DNA from: Eledone cirrhosa
Taxonomy: Eukaryota
Length of the DNA stretch: 64,000 nucleotides
Direction of reading: 5' to 3'
Assembly: GCA_964016885.1 (NCBI GenBank)
Contig: OZ024741.1
Coordinates: 388,740,001-388,804,000, forward strand
Part shown: positions 12,840 through 22,399 of the stretch, piece by piece
How the letters are laid out: every line of letters starts with the position of its first letter
How positions within the stretch are numbered: the stretch's first letter is position 1
Made by a program: the position numbers and the translations under genes
The notes under the pieces: model-generated
The model's database searches: none
What the model saw: the letters and a program-made list of their open reading frames with translations, nothing else
What the model was told of the DNA's origin: nothing

Positions 12840-13240
12840 TGTGACATGATAAATAAGCACCCAATCCACCCTGCATGGTGGTCATGTTGGTGACATCAAA
12901 AAGCATCCAGTCTACCCTCTAACGGGGTCATGTTGGTAACACGACAAAAAGCACCCAGTCTACCCTGTAAAGTGGTGGTGTTGGTGACACAACAAAACCT
13001 ACCAGACCACTCAGTAAAGTGGTCGTGTTGGTGACATGAAGAAGTACCCAGTCCAACCTGTCACTAGGTCATTTTGGTGACATGATAAAAAAGCACCCAG
13101 GCCACACTATAAGTGTGGACAGCATTAGGAAGGCCAGTTCTGTATAAGCAAGACATGGTCATCTGATCTGACTTCTCTCACAATGGGACAACTTATCTAA
13201 TCCATGCTAGTATGGAGAATGGGCATTAAACGGTCATGGT
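12840..13240 (+). repeat. RTE-tail derivative with about six tandem ~43-45-bp units (minisatellite)
   Basis: Repeated GTGACAyGAyAAAAAGCACCCAGTCyACCCTGTAAAGTGGTCrTGTTG units, followed by the family terminus. Confidence 0.75.
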
Positions 13241-13416
13241 AATAATACATATATACTTATATATATTTGAAAAAAGGTTGACTTCACTTGTTCTAAACAA
13301 TTGTAAAATTGTAATATTATAAAATTAAATTTTAGAACTACAAGTGAAGTCATTCTTTTCCTATTTTCAAATTTTCAAAGGATTTCACAAAATTTTCCAA
13401 TATTTATACATACACA

Positions 13417-14745
13417 CATCATCATCATCATTTTACGTCCGCTTTTCCATGCTTGCAAGGGTTGGACGGGTCCTATTCAGCACAGCATCTCTCTACTTGT
13501 CACGGTCCTTCATCATCTCCTCGGTGAGTTTCAGCGATCTGAGGTCTGCCCTCCCCACCTCCGCCCATGTTTTTTGTAGTCTACCTCTATTACATCTTCC
13601 TTCTACTGGGATGTCTTGGCACTTTTTTACCCAGGGGTCATCCTCCATGCGCATCACATGTCCATTCCATCTCAGCCTTCTCTCCTGCACAACACCCCTT
13701 ATCCTTCTTATACCCAGTTTCTCTCTTAACTCATCTATGCTTGATCATTCACACACATTAACATTACATATCCAATGGAGCATGCTTGCTTCATTTCTCT
13801 CCAGCTGTTGCATATCTTCCACAGTTGCTGCCCATGTCCTCACTACCATGCAGCATCGCTCATCTCACACAGGCATCATATAACTGGCCTTTCGTTCATA
13901 GGAAGAAACCCTTCTTTGTCAACAGAAGAAGCAGCTCCCTAAACTTCTTCCAACCCATCCTTATTCTGAATACTATGGCCTTGGAGCACCCTCCTCCCTT
14001 GCTAATCTGATCACATAGGTATTGGAAGCTATCAACCACCTCTATAGGTCCTACCCGCATTTGAAAAAAAAATGTGTCTATCAATGCGACTTCTACTGTC
14101 AAATTTCCCTGTACTGTACTGCATATATAGTTTTCCCTACCTGTTAGTTTGCCTGCTATCCCACTACATCTCTTGTGTACCCAAGATCTGCATTGTATAC
14201 ATTTTATAGAATTTATGCCAACTCCTTTCCTACATATTGAACATGGCCATTTCCCTGATGGAATCAGTGTTTTGTCCTCTTTCCTATTTATAAATAGGTT
14301 TACTCTCAGTCCTCTTGATTCCAGCTGCTGTTTCCATAACCAGAATTTATTCTCTAGCTCCTCTATGATTCTGCTATAAGAACCAGATCGTCAGCATAGA
14401 GAAGTTCCCATGGGCAGCTAGTCTTAAGCTCCTCTGTTATGGCTTGGAGGACTATAATGAACAAGAGCAGGCTGAGGACTGAACCCTGATGTACTCCTAC
14501 TTGTATCTGGAATTCCTCACTAAACTCCATTCCTACTCTCACTTTACTGACAGTATCCCCCTGTACATAGCTTGCACTGTCCTCACAAGCCATTCCTCTA
14601 CACCTAGTTTCCTTAGGGACCACCAGATGACAGATCGGGGTATTTTATCAAATGCCTTCTCTAGGTCAAAGAAAGCTAAGTATAGGGGCTTATTCTTCTC
14701 TAAGAACCTCTCTTGTAGTTGTCTCAATAAGAAGAGGGCAGCTGT
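13417..14745 (-). mobile_element. Degenerate RTE-clade LINE fragment (RT + C-terminus)
   Basis: FFDLEKAFD, GVHQGSVLS, ELLYADDLVLIA, a Cys-rich insert and RLRWNGHVMRM across several broken ORFs. Confidence 0.9.
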
Positions 14746-14861
14746 TGTATATTATATATATATATATATATTTTTAGAACATGCTCAAACTTAGCACACA
14801 ACACACAAAAACAAAATGGTGTAGGACAGAACAAAGGAGAACCACACAAAATAAAAACCTA

Positions 14862-14904
14862 GTCACTGAGGAAGTCACAGAATGTGTGACGAAAGAGCTT
14901 TGAC
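14862..14904 (+). ncRNA. Minimal type I hammerhead ribozyme motif (Penelope-type)
   Basis: GTCA-CTGAGGA-A-GTCACA(gaatg)TGTGAC-GAAA-G(ag)CT-T-TGAC: core boxes, 6-bp stem II, 4-bp stem I and a tiny stem III; AATAAA lies about 40 nt downstream. Confidence 0.7.
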
Positions 14905-15084
14905 AACCTTCTGGTTATCGAACCAACCAACCAGAAATTTATAATAAATTGAAGTGAAAACCAACAGGTACGTGTGTTTTTACTGGCAACATGACCCTCC
15001 CAAAGTAAAACAGTATCTGTTTCAACACACTTTTTCAGATAAGAAATCTCGTAAAACAAATTCAAAAAAGAATTATATATATAT

Positions 15085-15500
15085 GTCTTCTTAGTCTTAG
15101 ATTCTTCCGTGCTGTTCGGCGCATCGATCAGTAACTACTCGCCAACGGTCACGATCAGCGGCAACTGAGGTTGGCTGCCATCAGGTCCTTCCAGAACGTT
15201 TGTCGCCAGGTAATCCTTGGGCAACCCCGCCTCCATTTACCGCCAGGCGGAATCCCGTTCATCGCCTTTTTCGAATGCGGTTCATTGGGCACACGCTGAG
15301 TATGGCCAGCCAGACAGCACCGACACTCTGTGACCATTCTCTGTAGCATCCGCGACTTGGCTCTCCGCAGGATCTCCTCATTTTGCACTCGGTCATGCCA
15401 GGACACACGAAGGATCTTTCGCAGGCACCGCTGGTGGAATGCGTTCAGCCGTCTCTCTATTTTTGCCGTACTCTTCCAGGTCTCGCTCGCATAAAGCACT
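15085..15500 (-). mobile_element. RTE/RTEX-like LINE 3' fragment (second family)
   Basis: LYASETW..RLNAFHQRCLRKILRVSWHDRVQNEEIL..GCPRITWRQ; CpG-rich; short TAAGA(C) tail. Confidence 0.85.
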
Positions 15501-15534
15501 GCTATATATATGTATATATTTATATATATGTATA

Positions 15535-15571
<37 letters not shown>

Positions 15572-15575
<4 letters not shown>

Positions 15576-17885
15576 TCATCATCATCACCATTTTCCATTC
15601 TTCCACACTAGCATGGGTTAGATGGGTTGTCCTGTTATGGGCAGTGTCCGGTTGGCTGACCATGCCTTGCTCATACGGGAACTGATTCTGGCTTGATTTC
15701 TACAGCTGGATGCCCTTCCTAACACCAACCTCATTTACAGTGAGTGCTGGGTGCTTTTTTTCCCGTGGCACCTACATGTCCACTTTACAGTGTGGGCTGG
15801 GTGCTTTTTTGCCGTGGCACCTCCACGACCACTTTGCAGTGGGAGGGTGTGGGGGCATATTGTCTATTGGCTTCAGCTTTGGCTTGTACCCGTGGGAGGT
15901 CGGGTCTTCTGTTTTACTGTGTGATGCCAGAGGTCACGTTCATGTGTCATCGCCTTTGAGAGGTGTAATTGAGTAAGGTCGGCTTTTATCACCTCATCCC
16001 AGGTCTTCTTGGGTCTCCCCACTCCGCGATTTCCATCGACTTCTAGTGCTCTGCACCTTTTCATGCAGCTGTCATCCTTCATACGCATCACATGTCCATA
16101 CCAATGCAACCGCCTCTCCTGCACACAGCATTTGATTCCTCTTATGCTCAGTCTCTCTCTCAATTCGTTTATGCTTTGCCGTTCGCGTATATTACTATTA
16201 CCCATCCATCGGAGCATGCAGGCTTCGTTTCTTTCTAATCTATGCAAGTCTTCTACAGACAGCGCCCAGGTCTCACTACCATGTAACATTGCTGTTCGTA
16301 TACACGCATCATACAGTCTGCCTTTGATTTTGAGGGAAAAGCCTTTTTCAGATAGCAGTGGTAGTAGCTCCCTAAACTTCTTCCATCCTGTTCTTACCCT
16401 AGTTATTATACTTTCCAAACACCCACCTCCGCCGCTAATTTGGTCACCTAGGTAGCAGAAGCTGTCTACTGTTTTTACAGAGTTTGGTGGTGCTTGTTTG
16501 CTGCTTGCTGTCTCAGCACAGCTGCTAAATGTGAAGCCTACATTCTTAGTTAAGCTTCCTGAGATCCCGCTACATCTCTTGTGTACCCATTGTTTGCATT
16601 TGGGGCAGAGAATGGAGTTCCTACCCACACCTTTCCTACATACTGAGCAAGGCCATTTCCCTGAGGGGATCTGGGTTCTGTTTTCTTGTCTACTTACAAG
16701 GACATTAGTCTTTGTCAAGTTGACTTTGAGACCCTTTCTTTCTAGTCCCTGCTTCCATGTTTAGAATTTCTTCTCTAGTTCTACCATAGATTCAGCTATA
16801 AGTGCGAGGTCATCTGCATACAGGAGTTCCCATGGGCATCCGGTCTTAAACTCCCCGGTTATTGCCTGCAAAACTATGATGAACAGGAGAGGGCTAAGAA
16901 CAGAGCCCTGGTGGACACCGACCTGTATGCTAAATTCCTTGCTATAGTCATTGCTAATCCTAACTTTGCTGACTGCTCCCCTATACATGGCTTGTACAGC
17001 TTTCACAAGCCATTCATTACTCCTAGTTTTCTAAGAGCCCACCAGATTATAGCACAGGGAACTCTGTCAAAGGCTTTTTCCAGATCGATGAATGCCAGGT
17101 AGAGTGGCTTACTTTTAGCTAGGTACTTTTCCTGTAACTTCCTCAAAAAGAAGAGGGCATCAGTGGTGCCTTTTCCTGGCACAAACCCAAATTGCATTTT
17201 ATCTAGTTTCACCCGGTCCCTAATCAACTGTGCTATAACTTTTTCTGTTACTTTCATGACCTGGTCCAACAGCTTTATACCTCTATAGTTTCCTCCATCT
17301 AGTGCATCACCTTTACCTTTGTAGCAGTTGACAATGATGCTGCTGCACCAATCCTTTGGTATGACACCTAGTATTACCTGGTTAACAATATGTGTGGTTA
17401 TGGTGTCTTTGATTGCCTTACTTACTATGCTGCTGCTGACTTGTACTGCTGGCCCCTCTATAGGGTCTGCTTGGGGTAGGGTCTCTTCTTCCCATGCAAT
17501 CTCCTCATTTAGTAATCTTTCATAATGGCTCTTTCATGCATCCTTTTTCTCAGCACTTGTGAGGGCAAGCTCACCTTTATCATTCCGGATACACTTCTCT
17601 CCAATGACATCACAATTCTCTGTGACACACTGCCTCACAATCTTGAAGACCTCACGTTGCAAGACATGCTTGAATTTTCTATCCTCTGCTTCCCTCCTAG
17701 CTAAGTATACTTGTCGCCTAGCTTCCCTCCTGATCTCTATGTAATGTACCCTGCTTCCCCCGTTCTTCTATTCTTTTCATGCCTGTCTCTTAGCCTTAAC
17801 TGCCTCATCTACCTTATTGTTCCACCACCAAGTCACTCTCCTCCACCCTGTTCTCTTACTCCAACCACAGATCTCATCCGTCGCC
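15572..17885 (-). mobile_element. 5'-truncated RTE-clade LINE (RT domain to 3' UTR), decayed
   Basis: NYRGIKLLDQVMK, QFGFVPGKGTTDA, FIDLEKAFD, GVHQGSVLSP, LLYADDL, a PHD-like insert, the C-terminus and a tail. Confidence 0.93.
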
Positions 17886-17899
17886 TGTGTGTATGTGTG

Positions 17900-18790
17900 T
17901 GTGCAAAAGTTTCAGTAAGTCTGAACAAAACTGGTGAGAGTACCAATGTCTGCACTCATATGTAACACCTCCACTTTGTTCTTATTATACACACTCTGCT
18001 CTGCATCGAGTGCTGACCTTGATACTCTCACCAGTTTTCTTCGGACTTTTGTACATATAATGCTCCCTCCTGGGTTGAGCGTTTACAGCTGAGTACCATG
18101 GAGAGGTTTACCTGTACATTTTCTTCTGAGGACATACCAATACCAGATAACAACACTTGCCTATGTAGGATGGTACAGTACATGGGCTCATTTATCCAAT
18201 GGTTGCAGTGGCATGCACGGACTACATTACACTTGACGCTGACCCTTTGGACCTAAAGGGCTACTTCAAATCCCTAGGAACCCCCCTCACAATGTACTTC
18301 TGGAGAAATTTACATTTTTTTGTGTGTGTTTTATGATGTATATATGTATATATATTTATGTGTGTGCATATGCATGTGTGTGTGAGGATGTATGTATGTA
18401 TATGTATGTACAATTTTTATGTGTGGGAGTGTGTGTGCGTGCGTGGGTATTTAATGCACGTGTGTGATCATATATACGTTCATATATTTTTTATTTATAT
18501 CTGTTATTTTTGTTTTTGTTTTTAACGGTTATTTTCTTGTAATGTTCGGGATACGTGCGTTCGTTGGATTCTAGGCCCGTGATCGGTCATTCTAGTGGCT
18601 TGTTTGTGTCTGGCTGGTTCGTCTACAAATTTCATATGATTTTTATTGTGTTAACACTGGTCTGAGGATCAGGCAAACTTGGAGTCTGGTCTGGGATGAG
18701 TCCAGCTCAAGAGCCAGCTGCCTGGGAAACATTTGTAACTGGGTTGAGTAATAAATCTCATATGCAACACCTCCACTTTGTTCTTATTAT
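17900..18790 (+). mobile_element. Miniature internally deleted Penelope-like element with partial pLTR repeats and a hammerhead
   Basis: 34-bp direct repeat (17955-17988 / 18757-18790); 26-bp inverted repeat (17917-17942 / 18023-18048); a short ORF 18098-18256 resembling PLE N-termini (DIPIP...FIQWLQWHA); hammerhead core at 18662-18737; AATAAA at 18750. Confidence 0.7.
18653..18745 (+). ncRNA. Type I hammerhead ribozyme motif with extended stem II
   Basis: CTGGT-CTGAGGA-TCAGGCA...TGCCTGG-GAAAC(attt)GTA-ACTGG; stem I and stem II pair using GU wobbles. Confidence 0.68.
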
Positions 18791-18872
18791 ATATATATAT
18801 ATATAGATAGATATATACACATGCATACATATATGTGTTTATGTATATATGTATATACTAACGCACACACAC

Positions 18873-18903
<31 letters not shown>

Positions 18904-19487
18904 TATATATGTGTGTGTATGTGTGTATATATATATATCGTAATCCACCTGGTTGTGGTGGGGTTGATAACTTTGTCAGAACTCAACGTGTCCTTGGAAG
19001 GATGGTTGCAGCAAGATTCAGCAGTGTGACCGGTAGTTCTTGTCTTAGGTGATCACCGCCTAAGGTATCCTTGAAGAAGAGAATCCGTCCAGGTTACAGA
19101 GTCATATCCATATATGAATTTCTGCAGAGAACAATAAAAAGCAGAAGTCAGGCGTAAGTAGATAGTTAGTTCATTGATTCATGATCGTTTCAGGGGGTCA
19201 ATTGATCGATGTACAACTAACATGGTAGTGGTTAAGTTTCTACCTATTTCTAGTCTCAAAATCCCTATTCAATCAGCCGTCTTCCTTAGAAACACTAAAC
19301 TGTGGTTCTATTTTCTAGATATATTATATACACAAAGATCTAAAGGTATAAGGATATAAAGAGGCAGCAGTGTGTAATGTTTTCTGAATGGTTGCTGAAA
19401 CAGGAGAGGGAGGGGTGTATGGGATAAGAGTATTATGCGTGGAAAGCATATAAGCGAGCATAAAGAAAGATAGATAATAAAGATAAT

Positions 19488-19676
19488 AATTGTTTCTATT
19501 TTGGGTACAAGGCCAGCAATTATCCCAGTGAATTACTGGTGCTTTATTTTATCGACCCCCATAAGGATGAAAGGCAAAGTTAACCTCGGCAGGATTTGAA
19601 TTCAAACCGTAAAGGGGCGTAACTTTATGCTGCAAAGCATGGCGTCCAACCCTCTACCGATGCTGCCAATCCACCA
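19488..19676 (-). mobile_element. tRNA-derived SINE (family A)
   Basis: Full-length homologue of 5217-5400. Confidence 0.88.
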
Positions 19677-19921
19677 ATATTAATAACAAACATGTTATGC
19701 GTAAAAGGCAAACAAATCTGCTGATACAAACAAAAAATAAAACAATAAAAACATAGCCTATTCCAATCAACCTAGGCATATTTCAAGGAGATGCCCTGTC
19801 ACCACTGCCTTTCTGCTGCCTAGCATTAACACCACTATCTGAAACACTAAACCGAACTGGGCTAGGACATAAATGCTACAATGGGAAAATTAACCATCTT
19901 CTATATATGGATGATCTAAAA

Positions 19922-21574
19922 CAAAGGTTTTCAACAGGGGGTGGGGTGGTAGTGGTGGTGGTGGTGGGGCATATGTCTCCCCCCCTCGTGGGGCGTTTTG
20001 GAGCTCCGGGGAGGGGGGGGAGCAAGGAAGCGTTAGGGGAGGCGTTTGAAGCTTTGGGGGCGCTAGAGCGACGCTGGAAGCCCCTTTAGTTTGGTAAGTT
20101 TTATAAGTCATATTTGTACGTCTCTTAGACAGCCAGTGTGAATACATTTGAATGAAGAAAACGAAGAAAATAAATAAAAGAAGCTTGTCAACGAATTCCC
20201 CAGAGAGATAAAAGAAAAACTAAAGAAATCAAAGAAAAGGACTTCGACTTTGACAACAGTTACAAGAACAACTTCAACAGAAATGACAACAAAAAGAAGC
20301 AATGGTGATGAAAGGTGTGGGTGTTTACATATACATATATACGAACATACACACACATGCATACGTACATACATACATACATACATACATACATACATAC
20401 ATACATACACACACAGGCCTGCGTTAGTGTTTGATGAGGTTGAGAACCTGGTCAACCTTCAGCCAGAGCTGTGGTATTTAATCTCCCGAGGTAATAAAAT
20501 CTGGAGACAGAATTTGGCGATATCCAATTTTAGCGGCCTAAATGCCGCTTACTTGCTGTAGTTGCTGCTTACTTCAATGTATGAGGCTATTCCAACAAAT
20601 TTACATTCCCCTCTTTTTAGCCGTTAAAAGAAATATAGATTTATTTATTGTTTTTTTTTTGCGATTTATTTGCCACTGGGGCATAGATTTCTTTATTTGC
20701 CCCTTTTTTGTTTGTTTGTTTGTTTGTTTTTTTGCGATTTATTAGCCTTTTGGGGTCACACACACCCCCGTAGAAAGTGTGCGACCTTTCTGCCAAGGAG
20801 CACAGAGAGAGGGGGTGCTCCCTTCTTCTCTTACCTGTACAAGCCGATATAGAGAGATGGCCCACTTACACGGGCTATTATTGCTACTTTCACCCATCTT
20901 TCATGGAATTGGCTGGGACTGAGTGCCTTTTTCTCCACCTTGATCCTTCTTTCGAAGTGGTATCGGAAGAAGAGGACCATTTGTTGGCCGGCGACATATC
21001 CCCACAGTTTCCTCGTTGCAAACGCATCTGGGACATTTCTTTTCCAAGGGGTTTCCGTCCCGGAATCCGTGTCTGTAGAGCCTTTCCCGAACGGGCAGGG
21101 CCCCTCGGTATAATAGTAAGTATTAGTGGTTGTAATAAAAATGCAATCAAAATGTAATAAATACCTTCACTGATTTCTTTCCTTATATTATCAACGTTGG
21201 TATGTCACCCAAAGTTCGCTTTGTATGTTCCCGAATAGCAGTGAATTTTGATAAAACTGTTTCTAATTCCTTCTCCACAGTAAGACAAATATCCATGTGT
21301 AGTTGAAGAGGATAAGTATGAAAGAACAGTCATTTAAATTTACAGATGGACAGATGTGGTGTTTGGCAGGGTTTGAGATATATAGAAAAATAATTATTTA
21401 CAGAAAAAGAAAATAATAATAAAGAATTATTATTATTTTTTTAAAGATTTATATCTTTTTGGACTACACATGGATATTTGTCTTACTGTGGAGAAGGAAT
21501 TAGAAACAGTTTGGAAAAACAGGGTAGGGGTCGTTTCGTGATTTCGAGGGGCCGAAATGGGTTGAGAACTTTTG
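19922..21574. mobile_element. Non-autonomous hAT (Charlie-like) DNA transposon
   Basis: TIRs CAAAGGTTTTCAAC / GTTGAGAACTTTTG; perfect 8-bp TSD ATCTAAAA at 19914-19921 and 21575-21582. Confidence 0.88.
20685..21110 (-). mobile_element. L1/Tx1-clade LINE 3' fragment nested in the hAT element
   Basis: Minus frame gives RGALPVRERLYRHG...CPRCVCNEETV and FFRYHFERRIKVEK..FHERWV; AATAAAG and an A-rich tail follow. Confidence 0.7.
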
Positions 21575-22399
21575 ATCTAAAACTGTATGTTACAAATGGA
21601 AAACAACTTGAAACACTGCTCCAATCGGTACAAGGATTGACAAAAGAAATAGGTGTGAAATTTGGATTAGAAAAATGTGCTAAGGCAACTCTGAAGAGGG
21701 GGAACTAGTGAAAAGTAATAATATCATGTTAGATAAAGAAACAGAAATAAGAGAACTAGATCAAACTCAAACATACAAATGCTTAGGAATCAACAAACAA
21801 GATAAGATTCTTCACACATTAGAAAAGAATTCTACAGAAGAATTAGGTTAATACTCAAAACTGAACTAAATGCAAAGAATAAGGTGATTGGTATCAACTC
21901 TTTAACACATATATTTTGAACTGGACACTAAAAAACTAGCTGGAATAGATAGAAAGACAAGCAAAATAATGACTGCATTTAGAATACACCATCCAAAATC
22001 AGACGTAGAAAGATTATACCTACCAAGAACAAAAAGAGAAAGGGGCCTTATACAACTAGAAAACTCTTATAAAATAACTACTGTAGGACTACAGAAATAC
22101 CTAATAAAAAAAACAAAGGAAAGCTAATACAAATAGCCACGAAACATGAACAAAACAAAAAACTGTTCTCTGTCTTCAAGGAAGCCAAAAAATTCAAATC
22201 AGAAACTGGACTAACAGATAATTGTGAGGAAAATAAAAGCAAAGAAAAAACAACCGTGCATATATGTTGGCACGGGGAAGTCTAACCCAATAACATAGGC
22301 AGGTGAAGGTAGATATAATTGAGACTAAGTGGAAAGATGGAAAAAATTCCATATGTTTATGCGAGTAGCCATATGCGAGCAAAAAAGGTAAAGATAAAT

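Larger units (their letters stand above)
19750..22255 (+). mobile_element. R4/Dong-clade RT fragment split by a hAT insertion
   Basis: GIFQGDALSPL..INHLLYMDD (to 19921) continues as LKLYVTN..GVKFGLEKCAK (from 21575), then LNAKNK and HPKSDVERLYLPR. Confidence 0.85.

Noticed and set aside
12840-13130. CRISPR-like repeats (also 55740-56075)
   Set aside because: The whole unit is repeated and diverged, and it is homologous to RTE 3' tails.
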